From a virus (Duplodnaviria > Caudoviricetes), in the IMG/VR virus record IMGVR_UViG_3300013121_000033, positions 128,001 through 192,000 of that record: a stretch of 64,000 bases of DNA, one strand, 5' to 3'. The notes under the pieces were generated by a model, which worked only from the letters and a program-made list of their open reading frames with translations, was not told the origin of the DNA and ran no database searches. Below are positions 9,197-19,630 of the stretch, piece by piece. Made by a program: the position numbers and the translations under genes. Position 1 is the stretch's first letter. Every line of letters starts with the position of its first letter.

Positions 9197-9939
9197 GACC
9201 GCTCCTCGGACGGCCACACCTGGACGCCGTCGGTGTTCCACGCCCGGTACAGGCGGTCGGCTTCGATCTTGCCGGAGCAGCCCAACTCGGCCCACGAGAC
9301 GGTCTTGCGGTTGACCTTGGTTACGGTCCACTTCCGGCGGCGGCCGTCCTTGTACCACTCCTCGACCGTGAACCCGGGGGCCAGCAGGTCGAGCGGGACG
9401 GGCGTCGCTTCGGCGACAGCGGCCCGGTGCTCGATGCGCCGTTCGGCGGCCTCGGCGCGCCGTGCGAACGTCTTGGCGTCGTCGCCTGCCTGGACGATCG
9501 TGCTCAGCGCCCGGTCCATGCGGTCGAGGTCGCGGCGGTGGCGGCGCTCGGAGTGGTGGCCGACGAGGATGGGCTGCCCGATCGGGATGGCGTCGCCGAT
9601 CTGACGGAACGTCGCTTCGGCGGCGTCGCGGGTGGCGGTGGCGGCTTCGGCTCGGGCCTGGTTGCGGGCGGCGATTGCAGCGTCGCGTTCGTCGGCGTCG
9701 CGGTCGTCCGCTGCGGCTTCGCCGGTGACGGTGGCGCCGTGGGCGGCGGCGATCTGCTCGGCTCGCCACTGGACCGTCTCGGGGCGGATGTTGCGTGCCC
9801 AGACGTAGCAGCCGCGGCGAGGGGACCAGACGAGGCCGTAGCTGCGCCAGTTGACGCCGTCGCCCTTGCTGGTTCCGTGGAGGGTGCGCTCGGTGAGGTC
9901 GATGACCAACTCCGGGTCGGTCGTGGTGTCGTTGTCCAT
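9193..9939 (-). CDS. DUF3560-domain protein
   Basis: IPIGQPILVGHHSERRHRRD signature. Confidence 0.85.
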   Translation of the reverse strand: MDNDTTTDPELVIDLTERTLHGTSKGDGVNWRSYGLVWSPRRGCYVWARNIRPETVQWRAEQIAAAHGATVTGEAAADDRDADERDAAIAARNQARAEAATATRDAAEATFRQIGDAIPIGQPILVGHHSERRHRRDLDRMDRALSTIVQAGDDAKTFARRAEAAERRIEHRAAVAEATPVPLDLLAPGFTVEEWYKDGRRRKWTVTKVNRKTVSWAELGCSGKIEADRLYRAWNTDGVQVWPSEERS

Positions 9940-9976
9940 GGACACACCATACCCGCCACGTTGTTGTCACGTCAAC
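9937..9976 (-). promoter_or_regulatory. MDND promoter cassette copy 3
   Basis: GTTGACGTGACAACAAC...TATGGT...ATGGACAACGAC. Confidence 0.85.
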
Positions 9977-9980
9977 ACGG

Positions 9981-12107
9981 CTAGTAGATGCCGCCGCTGC
10001 CAGCCCCGGTCATGCGTCGGGGGCCTCGGACGATCTCGCCGCCTAGTGGCAGCCCGCAACGCACGATCCAACTAGCACCGTTCAACGTCGCAGCGACGGG
10101 GAGGACGATGGTCATAGCCACCCATGTGATCGCGTCGTTCGAAAACTGGATCACCCAGTTGGTCGACGTGGTCGAGATGTTCTCCATGCGGTAGAACGCG
10201 CCGTCGGCCGCCATCGGCCGGGCGTTCCCGGCAACCGTGTCTCTGATCGTGAACACACTCGACCCGACCGTCGCAGCAGGAACAGTCAGGTACCGGTTCG
10301 TCGAGGTCGACGAGTTGAACCCGTGCAAGCCGAGCAGCTTGGAGTCCTTGGCGTACGACAGCGTCCACGACGGGTTCGTCGTGGTGATCGTCTGACCGCC
10401 GTAGTTCGCCGACGATTCGGTGAGCACCTGAGTCCAGTTGACACCGTCGGTGCTGGTGAACAGACCGCGTGTACCTGACCCGGCCGACCCGTAGCGAAGC
10501 TGGTAGAACGCCGTGTCGGTCGCGACTGTCGTCACGATACGGCTGTTCGCTACCGCGTAGAGCCCGCTGGTGAACACGAGGCCGGGGACCGTGACCTTCT
10601 GCCACCCCGCGCTCGTAAACGAGAACCAGGCGTTGAGCCACTTGGCGTAGATCGTCCCTTGAGCGGTTGTCGTTGACCACCCGGACCCGTTGGCGGACCA
10701 CTTGAAGAAGTCGCCGGTCAACTCGGCCGCGGCGAAGATGCCGCCGTCGCGGTCGGCTCTCACGGTACCGAGTTGTCGTTGGAACATCCCCTGTACGGAC
10801 GGATGCACAGTCTCCACTGTCGACCACACGGTGCCGCCGCCGGTTCGGACCTGTAGAAGTTGGTCGCGCGGCTGTGTTATCGGGCCGTAGTCGGCGTCGA
10901 TGAACGAGTTGCATGTGACAGGGAAGAGAGCGGTCCAGTTCACGCCGTCCGACGAGACGTACAGGGTCTTGGCGCTGGGCGGGACGGACGGGTAGTAGAA
11001 GCTACGGTAGAAACTGCCGTCGGCCGCAGCCTTGATGAAGCACGATCCGACGCTCGTATATGTGGCGTCGGTGGTCCAGGAGAGCCCGTCTGTCGAGTGG
11101 TAGAGGGTCTGGTTGGCGCTCGGCCCGGAGGTGGAACCTTTCGACCTGACAATCACTGAACCGTTCGACGCGATGCACTGGTTTGACCGTTGAGCGCTGG
11201 TTCCAGTCGACGTGTAGGTCCATGTCGCGCCATCGAGTGAGGTGGCGATGAAGTGGTCGTAGACGGACCCGGTGTAGACGACCCCGACTCCGACGAATCT
11301 CCCGGCGATGTAGGCGACGCCGTCCCAGTAGGGGGTCCCGGCGACGTGGTAGGTCTGCGCGACGGTCGCCCATGTTCCCGCAGCACCGTTGCTTGTCGAG
11401 CGCCACACGGCGCTTGCGTTGTTCGCTGGCACGGCGACGACGGTGCCCGTCCCGTCGTACGCGGTGTACGGGTAAAAGCCGGTGACGACGTCGGCCGCTG
11501 TCGTCATCCCAGTCGGCGCGGCTCCGGTGCCGACGACGGTGTAGGAGGCGGTGGGGTCGAGAGCGTAGATCGTGACCCACCGGTCGGTGTAGAGCATCGG
11601 GGCGAACACGGCGGTTACGCCGCCGATCTGTTGGGCGTCCCAGACGACGCCGTCAGCAGACGAGGCGAGCGCCACGATGCCTCCGCTGATGTCGTGGTAC
11701 TCGACGACCCACATGCCGTTCACATAGTTGACGCGCTGTGATCGGGCGATGCTTGCCACCCCGCCGGGGGCGTGCGTCCAGAGGGCAGCGCCGGTGGTTG
11801 GGTCGCGGTACGAGAATGCCCCGTAGAAGGTGCCGAAGCCGTCGCGGTACGGGGTGGTCGTCATGAGACGGTTCACTGGCGACGGGAAGGCGTCCCACTT
11901 CCAGCGTGCCGCTGTCCCGAGTGCTGACTTCATGGCGCCCGACCCTGCGGCGGATGCTGCGGTCACACCCTGGTCGGTGTCGGGGGAGAGGTTCTGCGCT
12001 CCGGCGGTGACGGTGCCGCCGATCTCGCCGGACGCGAAGAAGAACCGGGGCGGCACACTCCGGTTCCCTACCCCCATGTGGAACGCCTCGAAGTAGCTGG
12101 CCGCCAT
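9981..12107 (-). CDS. Ser/Thr-rich beta-propeller (Asp-box) protein, putative tail fibre/receptor-binding protein
   Basis: repeated SxDGxxW motifs; ATG 12107 after TAGGGT. Confidence 0.7.
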   Translation of the reverse strand: MAASYFEAFHMGVGNRSVPPRFFFASGEIGGTVTAGAQNLSPDTDQGVTAASAAGSGAMKSALGTAARWKWDAFPSPVNRLMTTTPYRDGFGTFYGAFSYRDPTTGAALWTHAPGGVASIARSQRVNYVNGMWVVEYHDISGGIVALASSADGVVWDAQQIGGVTAVFAPMLYTDRWVTIYALDPTASYTVVGTGAAPTGMTTAADVVTGFYPYTAYDGTGTVVAVPANNASAVWRSTSNGAAGTWATVAQTYHVAGTPYWDGVAYIAGRFVGVGVVYTGSVYDHFIATSLDGATWTYTSTGTSAQRSNQCIASNGSVIVRSKGSTSGPSANQTLYHSTDGLSWTTDATYTSVGSCFIKAAADGSFYRSFYYPSVPPSAKTLYVSSDGVNWTALFPVTCNSFIDADYGPITQPRDQLLQVRTGGGTVWSTVETVHPSVQGMFQRQLGTVRADRDGGIFAAAELTGDFFKWSANGSGWSTTTAQGTIYAKWLNAWFSFTSAGWQKVTVPGLVFTSGLYAVANSRIVTTVATDTAFYQLRYGSAGSGTRGLFTSTDGVNWTQVLTESSANYGGQTITTTNPSWTLSYAKDSKLLGLHGFNSSTSTNRYLTVPAATVGSSVFTIRDTVAGNARPMAADGAFYRMENISTTSTNWVIQFSNDAITWVAMTIVLPVAATLNGASWIVRCGLPLGGEIVRGPRRMTGAGSGGIY

Positions 12108-12133
12108 CCGCGCCACCCTACCCGAACGCTGTC

Positions 12134-12183
12134 TCAACACACATGTTGACTCGCCTCAACACGCTAGTTACGGTAAGGGCATG
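12134..12183 (+). promoter_or_regulatory. leaderless promoter with inverted repeat (cassette variant)
   Basis: TTGACT-17nt-TACGGT-6nt-ATG; TCAACA-CACA-TGTTGA palindrome. Confidence 0.7.
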
Positions 12184-12801
12184 TGGATCGAAGCCGCCGA
12201 CATCGCCACCCAACTCGGGATGACCACCCGCTCGTTCGAGACGTCCCGCTCCCGCGCAGCCGGGAAGTGGGCGACCTTCCCCCACCCGGCCCGCAAAGGC
12301 GACCGCTGGCAGCCAACCGTCTGGCGGTCCGAAGACGTCGACCGCTGGGTCCGGCACCACGAACGCAACTCGCGTCTCGTCGCCCACGCCCTCACGCTCG
12401 TCCCCGGGGCGACCGTCACCCACCCGAGACGCGACGACGTCGCCGACCTCGACTGCCCCGCCGACGACCTGGCCGGGTTCATCACCGCCAAGGGACGCAC
12501 GTTCGCGGTCGTCGTCGAACCCACAGCGGCCTACGCCGACGGGACGATCCGGGCGTGGCTCACGGTCCGGCCCGTCAAGGTCGACACCCGGCCGACGGTC
12601 GCCGACCAGTTGAACGACGCCGCACAGGTCGTCGGGTTGACGTTCACCTCACCCGAACTGTCACCCGGCGGGTGGACGTGGAAAGTCGTCGACTTCGACG
12701 AACGCCTCCGTCGGCTCACGATCCACACGGTCGACACCGAGACACCCCACGAGGCGTGGGTCGGACTCGACGAGCGCGTCAGCATCAGGAGGACCCCATG
12801 A
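12181..12801 (+). CDS. protein with N-terminal AlpA/excisionase-like HTH
   Basis: AADIATQLGMT...FPHP...VWRSEDVDRW. Confidence 0.6.
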   Translation: MWIEAADIATQLGMTTRSFETSRSRAAGKWATFPHPARKGDRWQPTVWRSEDVDRWVRHHERNSRLVAHALTLVPGATVTHPRRDDVADLDCPADDLAGFITAKGRTFAVVVEPTAAYADGTIRAWLTVRPVKVDTRPTVADQLNDAAQVVGLTFTSPELSPGGWTWKVVDFDERLRRLTIHTVDTETPHEAWVGLDERVSIRRTP

Positions 12802-13850
12802 CAGCCACGACCTCCACTGCTCGGGTCCCGGCGCTCGACGGCTACCGCGGCGTCGCGGTGTCGCTCGTGCTGTGGGCGCACCTGTTCGCCGGGGTGTCGC
12901 CGAAGAACCGGCCGTTCACGTCGTGGTCTGCCGGTTGGCTTCCCGGTGGCGGGCTCGTCGGCGTGCAGATGTTCTTCGTGCTGTCCGGCTACCTCATCAC
13001 CGGCATCCTGCTCCGGTCGACCGGCGGCCGGGGTCGGCTCGTCGGGTTCTGGTGCCGCCGGTTCGTGCGCCTCGTCCCCGCCCTCGCCGTCGTGTGCGCT
13101 GGCTACATCGCGATCGGGGGGATGCTCGGGTTCTCGTCGGACCTTGTGCGTGCCGACGTGCGATCGGCGCTCACCTGGTCGGCGAACTTCGCGCCACCGA
13201 CCGGGTACGGCTGGCTGGGCCACACATGGTCGCTCGCCGTCGAGGAGCAGTTCTACCTTGCCTGGCCGCTGCTGGTGGCGGTCGGATGGCGGGTGTCGGG
13301 GCGCCGCGGTGTCGCCCTGTTCGCCGCCGCGGGGATGGTCGCCACGATCGCGTTCCGTCACCTCGCCGACGTGCCCCACGAGATTGCCTACACGCAACTC
13401 CGGTGGGATGCCCTGTTGGTCGGTTGCCTGCTCGCGTGCGTCCTCGATCCGGCGGCGAGGTTTCGGGGCCAGCGGTGGGTCGGGGTCGCGGGCGCTGCCG
13501 TCCTCGGGTGGTTCTCGCTCGCCGAAGTGACCTACTCGCCGGTGTCGTTCACGCTGCTGACGGTGGCCGGTGCGGCTGCGCTCGCCGGTGGACTCCACGA
13601 GCGGGTGCTCACGGGGCGGTGGCTGCGCTACCTCGGGCGCGTCTCGTACAGCCTGTACTTGTGGTCGATCCTGCTGTTGCGCCTCGGCTGGCCCGGGTGG
13701 GTGTCGCTCGCCGCGAGCCTCGCCGTTGCCGACGCCTCATACCGCCTGGTCGAGCGGCCCCTCATCGCCCTAGCCGCAAGGCGTCACGCCCGGCAGACAT
13801 CCACTTCGAACAGGATCAACACGTCGTCGTTGGCTGAGGTGTCGTTGTAG
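12798..13850 (+). CDS. membrane acyltransferase (acyltransferase-3, OafA/YrhL type)
   Basis: LDGYRGVAV, GVQMFFVLSGYLI, HTWSLAVEEQFY, GRVSYSLYLW. Confidence 0.92.
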   Translation: MTATTSTARVPALDGYRGVAVSLVLWAHLFAGVSPKNRPFTSWSAGWLPGGGLVGVQMFFVLSGYLITGILLRSTGGRGRLVGFWCRRFVRLVPALAVVCAGYIAIGGMLGFSSDLVRADVRSALTWSANFAPPTGYGWLGHTWSLAVEEQFYLAWPLLVAVGWRVSGRRGVALFAAAGMVATIAFRHLADVPHEIAYTQLRWDALLVGCLLACVLDPAARFRGQRWVGVAGAAVLGWFSLAEVTYSPVSFTLLTVAGAAALAGGLHERVLTGRWLRYLGRVSYSLYLWSILLLRLGWPGWVSLAASLAVADASYRLVERPLIALAARRHARQTSTSNRINTSSLAEVSL

Positions 13851-16621
13851 AGGTAGGCCGTGCTGCTGGTCACCTTCCACACCGGCCGGAACCCGTGCGT
13901 CCCGGCCTCGGTGGCGACAAACTCGGCGACGCAGCACACCGTCTGCCGGGCCGTCGTCGACGCGTGCACCACCCCCGACCGCGACCCGGCGATGTAGACG
14001 TTGGCGCTGGTCGGCTGGTCGACCTCGTAGTCGAAGTGGACGTTCTGGCCGTTCGCTGCCATCGCCGCTGAGCCCGCGAGGGTGCATCGCACACGGTCGC
14101 CCACGGCCAGGTCGACGGTCTGGTAACCCAAGTTTGTGGAGTCGATCGGCGTCTTGGAAGTGCTGTTCGTGGACTTGGTCGTCGTGCCCGACAGGGTGAC
14201 CGACGCGACCCGCTGCCACACGCCTGCCAGGTTCGTGGCGTTCCACCGCACCCACGGCACCGCTCCCGCCGTGAGCTTGCGCCACACGTCGCCGCTCGTC
14301 GTGTTGAACCACAAGCTCCCGACCGGAAGGTCAGCGCTGCCGGGGTCGGCATCGGCGTAGAACAAACCGAACCCGCCGCCGTCGCCGAACCGGACCGCGC
14401 CTGCGTCGAGGTCGTCGTCGCGGGCAACGACGACACCGGCCTCAGAGTTGCCGAGAGAGATCGTGAACGACTTGCCGTCGGTGTAGTGCGAATCCACCGA
14501 GCCGAGCGCGGACGAGAGGAACTCGCCGTCGCCGTCGAGTACCAGCAGCGGGTGATACCAGAGCGTCCCCGTCCACGTCAGGACGAGCCCGAAATAGTTC
14601 GGGTTCTTCCACGTCTCCCCGGCGCTCGGGGAGCCCGGCACGTCCGTCCCCTCGTAGGTGACGGCGATCTGCGCCCCAAGGTACTCAAGATTCTCGATGA
14701 GCGTCGCGAGGTCAGCCACCGTCTGGACATCGACGTAGTGCCACTTCAACCGGAGCGTGAACGTCACCGGGTCGGAGAGGACGGGGGCGGCGTAGGGGGC
14801 GGCGAGCCCGACTGCGTAGCGGACGGTGGCGACGTCGGCGTCGGTCGTGCGAGGGTTGGTCAGGCGCAGGTACGCCCCCGGATCAGCTTCCGGTGCCCCG
14901 TTGCCATTGCCGATCGTCATGCACTTCCCCGAGAACGAGCCGGGCGGCGAATCGGTGAAGGTGTCGACGATCGCCCCGTGGTCCTGCGTCGTCAGGTCTG
15001 ACGGGTCGACACGCTGGCCGTCGAACGCTTGCGTAGCGGCGTCGGGGTCAACGAGGTCGCCGTCGAACAGGCCGGTGATGAGCGCGAACTGGTATGTCTG
15101 ATCGCCGGGGGTGCCGCCGACCTGCTCGGGGAACTCGACCAGATCAGCCGAGATACCCTTGAGCCAGCGGGTCGGGTCTGGCAGATGATCTGGGTGGGCG
15201 ATCTGCGCGACGTACATGTTGTTCGTCTGGTCGCCAGCGGGCATCGTGAAGCGGTACAAGCCGTCGCCCAGGTACTCCGACGCCATGCCAACCGCCCCGC
15301 TGGACGGGTTGTAGAGCGAATGCTCAGCGACGGCCCTGAGGTTGTTCGTGGCGGCGTCGTCGGAGAAGTCGCCGGTGACCAACTCGACCGCGGCGTCAAG
15401 CTGCGCCTGAGTGACACCACCACCGTCCGGTGCTTCGGGCGATTCCCAGAGGGGGACAACGGTCGCTTCCCACTCCATGCCCGGGTTCGTCGCCGCCGGG
15501 TTGCCTTCGGTGATCGTGACGTGCACGTCGGCGATGTCGGCCGGGTCGGTGAGTGGCGTGTCGAGCAGAACGGTGACCGGTTCCCACGGCTCACCCCACT
15601 GTGCGAACGCCTTGCCGGACGTGCCGATCGCGACGCTGTCGTCGACGGACACGCCGAGGGAGTCGATGAACCGTGACCCGGCGAGCAGGTTGCCGCTCCC
15701 GTCGACCAGAGCGATGCCGCCGCCACGGGTGCCCGACACGCCGTCCGTCTTGCGGCCCACCGAGAACCTGACCCCGTAGAGGGTGCGGCCGTCGTCCGGT
15801 TCGGGGATCGTGGCCTCGGCCCTGTACAGCACCCCGAGCCCGGCGGCTGGCACGCTGAACACATACGGCTCGCCGGTCGCGGCGACGCCGCCCTCGATGG
15901 GTTGCAACCCGGCCGGGTTGCCGCCGACAAAGAAGATGAGCAGCGAATCCCACGCCACGTCGTCGTCGGAGAACTCCAACAGTTCGTCGACGCTTGCCCG
16001 GATGTTCTGCTCCGCTACCTCCCCAGCGAACCACGTCACGTCCGGGCCGTTCAACCGTTCCCAGTCGGTGTCGTCCTCCCCGAACTTGAACCACACCTTC
16101 GCACGCGACGAGCCGTCGACCTGCACGCCGATCGTGCCCCTGTCGGCGGCGATACCGGCGTTCGGGTCGGCGTCGGCGTCGATGGAGATGATGCTGCCGC
16201 CCGTGTTCGGGAACCGCGTGACGCCGTACCCGGAGTGGGTGACCTCGACGAGCACCCACTTGGTCTGAGCGGCTTCCGCTCCGTCGCCGACGCCGAGGGA
16301 CGAATAGAACCCGTCCTCGACGTCGGGTGGGTCGTCGTCGCTGCCGGGCTCAACGATCGACACCGGGACGGAGAGAACGAGGATGGTGGCGCCGCCGAGG
16401 TCGTCGCCGGTCATCTCGATCGTCTCGCCGTAGGTGTTGGTCGCGAGGACGAACGTGTCTGAACCCTCGTCGTAGGAGAGCGCGATCGCGTCGACGGTCG
16501 TGTACGACTGGTCGTCGCTTCCGCCCCCGCCACCGCCGCCGGTGTCAGGATCAGGCCACCAGTAGTTGCCATCCTCATCCGCGACGCTCGCGACGGGGTA
16601 GGGAGCGGTCGGGTTCGCCAT
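13784..16621 (-). CDS. large acidic protein, putative minor tail/fibre protein
   Basis: 945 aa, Gly/Asp/Thr-rich, beta-rich C-terminus. Confidence 0.6.
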   Translation of the reverse strand: MANPTAPYPVASVADEDGNYWWPDPDTGGGGGGGSDDQSYTTVDAIALSYDEGSDTFVLATNTYGETIEMTGDDLGGATILVLSVPVSIVEPGSDDDPPDVEDGFYSSLGVGDGAEAAQTKWVLVEVTHSGYGVTRFPNTGGSIISIDADADPNAGIAADRGTIGVQVDGSSRAKVWFKFGEDDTDWERLNGPDVTWFAGEVAEQNIRASVDELLEFSDDDVAWDSLLIFFVGGNPAGLQPIEGGVAATGEPYVFSVPAAGLGVLYRAEATIPEPDDGRTLYGVRFSVGRKTDGVSGTRGGGIALVDGSGNLLAGSRFIDSLGVSVDDSVAIGTSGKAFAQWGEPWEPVTVLLDTPLTDPADIADVHVTITEGNPAATNPGMEWEATVVPLWESPEAPDGGGVTQAQLDAAVELVTGDFSDDAATNNLRAVAEHSLYNPSSGAVGMASEYLGDGLYRFTMPAGDQTNNMYVAQIAHPDHLPDPTRWLKGISADLVEFPEQVGGTPGDQTYQFALITGLFDGDLVDPDAATQAFDGQRVDPSDLTTQDHGAIVDTFTDSPPGSFSGKCMTIGNGNGAPEADPGAYLRLTNPRTTDADVATVRYAVGLAAPYAAPVLSDPVTFTLRLKWHYVDVQTVADLATLIENLEYLGAQIAVTYEGTDVPGSPSAGETWKNPNYFGLVLTWTGTLWYHPLLVLDGDGEFLSSALGSVDSHYTDGKSFTISLGNSEAGVVVARDDDLDAGAVRFGDGGGFGLFYADADPGSADLPVGSLWFNTTSGDVWRKLTAGAVPWVRWNATNLAGVWQRVASVTLSGTTTKSTNSTSKTPIDSTNLGYQTVDLAVGDRVRCTLAGSAAMAANGQNVHFDYEVDQPTSANVYIAGSRSGVVHASTTARQTVCCVAEFVATEAGTHGFRPVWKVTSSTAYLYNDTSANDDVLILFEVDVCRA

Positions 16622-16669
16622 GCGGGAAGGGTACCGGGTGGGTGTGTCGCCGCCCCGGACCGGCGGTGG

Positions 16670-17446
16670 CTACACCGTCAACGGAGTCGGCGGATCATAG
16701 ATGACGTCCTGTTCGTGCTCGGGGTCCTGCCGCACCCACCGGGAGAACAAGTTTGTTGCCCCAGCGTCGAGTTCGGCGGCCATGTCACGCCAGTGGTACC
16801 CGTAGCGGCGGGACAGGCCCGGGGCTGCGGCGTACGCGGCTGCCCCTTGGCGCACCTTCCGTTCGACTTGCTCAGGTGACCGGTACGGGTAGTGGTGGAT
16901 GACCAAGCGAGGTTCGCCGTGGGGGATCACCACGCGGTCGACGGTCGCCCAATGGTTGCCCTGCTCGATCGTGAGGCCCGGCACACACCGGGCGGCGGTC
17001 TTGGGGATCGCTGAGACAGTGGTCCGCCACCCCATCCGTTCGATGATCGTGCCGTCGGCGGGGTCGAGAACGGTGGGGAAGTGGTGGTAGAAGTCCGCCT
17101 CGATCGCCCCGATGCCGTCGGGGAGGCCGTTTATGACGTCGGAGATGAGTCCCCGTCCGGCGGTCCACAGTTCGTCGGCGTCGAATGGGACAACCCACGT
17201 CGCACCCATGTCAGCGGCGCGGGCAGCGAGCGCGGTCATCTTGGCCGACTGGTAGTAGCCGGGTTCGGGGTCGTCGACGACGGTGACACGGCCGGTGTCG
17301 GCGGCCGCCTGTTCGATGATCGCTCGGGTGCCGTCGACTGAGCCGTTGTCGGCGATGAGAACATGATCGACGTTGGCGAGCATGTGGCGCAGGGTGACGT
17401 CGAGGATGTCGTCCTCGTCGCGGACCATGCTGATCCCAAAGATCAC
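16670..17446 (-). CDS. glycosyltransferase family 2
   Basis: MVRDEDD, DNGSVDG, FDADE, HHYPYRS. Confidence 0.9.
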   Translation of the reverse strand: MIFGISMVRDEDDILDVTLRHMLANVDHVLIADNGSVDGTRAIIEQAAADTGRVTVVDDPEPGYYQSAKMTALAARAADMGATWVVPFDADELWTAGRGLISDVINGLPDGIGAIEADFYHHFPTVLDPADGTIIERMGWRTTVSAIPKTAARCVPGLTIEQGNHWATVDRVVIPHGEPRLVIHHYPYRSPEQVERKVRQGAAAYAAAPGLSRRYGYHWRDMAAELDAGATNLFSRWVRQDPEHEQDVIYDPPTPLTV

Positions 17447-18225
17447 AGCGCCTCCATCAGGGTCGGGGGGTCGTAGATGAGCGACGGTGACGCCTCGGGG
17501 TCAGCGACGTAGTACCGGAAGAACTGTTCGGCAATCGCTACGTCGCTGCGGTTCCCCCAGTCTTTCCAGTGGCCGCCCATCCAGTCGGGCAGGTCCGGGG
17601 CTGCGGCATATGCGGCTGCCCCTTGGCGGAGCTTACGGACGTACTGCTCGACGGTCCGGTACGGGTAGTGGTGGACCTTGAACAGCGTCCCTGTCCACGT
17701 CAGGTCACGGGCCGTGGAGTAGGCGGCGTGGTTGCCTTGCTCGATGACGAGGCCCGGGACAACCCGGCAGATGACGTTGCGGGGACCGGGGATTGTCTGA
17801 CGCCACGGGTAGCGGGCGATCGCGTGGCCGGGCGCGGCGAGGTCGCCGGTCGGGACGTGGTGGTAGACGGTTGCCTCGACGATGTCGACTTCGTCGGGGA
17901 GAGCGGCGAGGACATCGGCGATCCGGCCGGTCGGCGGGACGAACACTTCGTCGGCGTCGAACGGGACAACCCACGTCGCGGCCATGTCTGCGGCCATGGA
18001 AGCGAGTGCGGTCATCTTGGCCGACTGGTAGTAGCCGGGTTCGGGGTCGTCGACGACGGTCAGGCGGTCGCAGCCGTCGGCGATCCGGTCGATGATCGGG
18101 CGAGTGTCGTCGGTCGAGAGGTTGTCGGCGACGATGACGCGGTCGCAGTGGCCGAGCATGTGGCGGATGACTGGCTCGATGATGTCCGCTTCGTCGCGGA
18201 CCATCGTGATCCCGACGACGGTCAC
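17443..18225 (-). CDS. glycosyltransferase family 2 (paralog of 16670-17446)
   Basis: MVRDEAD, DNLSTD, FDADE. Confidence 0.9.
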   Translation of the reverse strand: MTVVGITMVRDEADIIEPVIRHMLGHCDRVIVADNLSTDDTRPIIDRIADGCDRLTVVDDPEPGYYQSAKMTALASMAADMAATWVVPFDADEVFVPPTGRIADVLAALPDEVDIVEATVYHHVPTGDLAAPGHAIARYPWRQTIPGPRNVICRVVPGLVIEQGNHAAYSTARDLTWTGTLFKVHHYPYRTVEQYVRKLRQGAAAYAAAPDLPDWMGGHWKDWGNRSDVAIAEQFFRYYVADPEASPSLIYDPPTLMEAL

Positions 18226-18947
18226 CGGTTGAGCGCCCATTCGTACAGGGTGGGGTGCACGAGATAGTTGCAGGGGTCGAGGTCGTCGGGGAGCCCCAGT
18301 TCTTCGATGACGTCGGTCAGGGTCGCGGCGGGGGCGAACAGCATGAGGTTCTGCTGGTACCACCACTCGACACGGGGATCGCCCCAGAACAGGTGGCGGA
18401 GAGCGCCGGAGCCGGACAGGCCGTGCTGTGCGAACAGGTCGCGCCAGTAGGTCGGCGGCTGGCAGTTGACATGGTTCGTGCCGGGCTGCCCGGGGACAGC
18501 GGCGGAGAACAGGATGAGGTCGGAGAGGTGAGCGAGTTCGGCGACGAAGCCCGCTGCCCGTTCGGGTGGCAGGTGTTCGGCGACCTCCAAGCAGATGACA
18601 AGGTCGACGTACTTGGGGGTGTCGGGGTACAGGTCGAGCGGCTGGTTGAGGTCCCGAGGGAGGAACGGGACGACGTGCTCGGCGACGTGTTCTCCGTCGA
18701 CACAGAGGGCAGCGCAGTCGCCGGGGACTTCGTCACGGAACGCTGCGGCCCAGTGGCCTTCACCGCCACCGACGTCGACGACGTAGAACGGACGGCTCGT
18801 GGAGCCCGGCAACAGCAGCGGCTTCGGAGTCGCCGCTGCGGCGAACACCTTCGCGAGTTCCTTTGCGACGGCCGCCGCGGAGTTCACGGCGGCCGAGCGA
18901 ATCGTGTCGTAGAACTCGCCGTTATACAGCGGTGCGGTATCGGCCAT
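18222..18947 (-). CDS. SAM-dependent methyltransferase
   Basis: VVDVGGGEG, DLVICLEVAEHL, SAAVPGQPGTNHVN. Confidence 0.9.
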   Translation of the reverse strand: MADTAPLYNGEFYDTIRSAAVNSAAAVAKELAKVFAAAATPKPLLLPGSTSRPFYVVDVGGGEGHWAAAFRDEVPGDCAALCVDGEHVAEHVVPFLPRDLNQPLDLYPDTPKYVDLVICLEVAEHLPPERAAGFVAELAHLSDLILFSAAVPGQPGTNHVNCQPPTYWRDLFAQHGLSGSGALRHLFWGDPRVEWWYQQNLMLFAPAATLTDVIEELGLPDDLDPCNYLVHPTLYEWALNR

Positions 18948-18949
18948 CG

Positions 18950-19630
18950 CTAGTACCCCTTCGCTTGTCGATGTCGTTCGTTGCCGATGTGGGTGACCCA
19001 CGGGCCATCATCGCGTGCACCCCAGTAGCCGACGGTGATGGTCGGGTCTGCGAACAGGCGGGTCGTCCATGCCGACTCAGACTGCGGGTCGGGCGGCCAT
19101 CCTTCACGGCAGACGATGGAGCGGTGCAGCGACGGGTTCGTCGTCCAGAACCGGCGGTGTTCAAGCCACGGCCACCCGGCTGTCTCACGGTCCGTGAACG
19201 ACTCGGGGGCGAGTTCGACGACGCCGCCAGCGGCGATCTCGTCGCCGTTGACCGGCTGGCGGCGCAACGCGATCTGCGCGACGTGAGGGTGGAGTTCGAG
19301 TAGGTGCGCGACGGCGTCGAGGTTGACCGCCCGGTTGTAGATGAAGTCGTCCTCGGTGGAGAACACAAAGGGTTCTGGGACGTGGCGGGCGATGTGGGTC
19401 CAGGCGTGCCGGTAAGCGCCACCGAAACCAGAGCGACCAGGGGTCGTGACGACACCCCACCCCGGGTAGCGAGACGTGAGCATCGCGGCATGTTCGGGGT
19501 CGCCGGAGTCGTCGTGGATCAGGCGACGGGTGATGCGGCCGTGGATGTTGTCGAGCAGGGACGCGATCGACTCGTGGAGGTACCGGTCGCGGCCATCGGT
19601 CATGACGACGAGACAGATCGACGGGACCAT
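18950..19630 (-). CDS. glycosyltransferase (GT-A fold)
   Basis: VMTDGR, HDDSG, TEDDF, WVTHIG. Confidence 0.8.
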   Translation of the reverse strand: MVPSICLVVMTDGRDRYLHESIASLLDNIHGRITRRLIHDDSGDPEHAAMLTSRYPGWGVVTTPGRSGFGGAYRHAWTHIARHVPEPFVFSTEDDFIYNRAVNLDAVAHLLELHPHVAQIALRRQPVNGDEIAAGGVVELAPESFTDRETAGWPWLEHRRFWTTNPSLHRSIVCREGWPPDPQSESAWTTRLFADPTITVGYWGARDDGPWVTHIGNERHRQAKGY

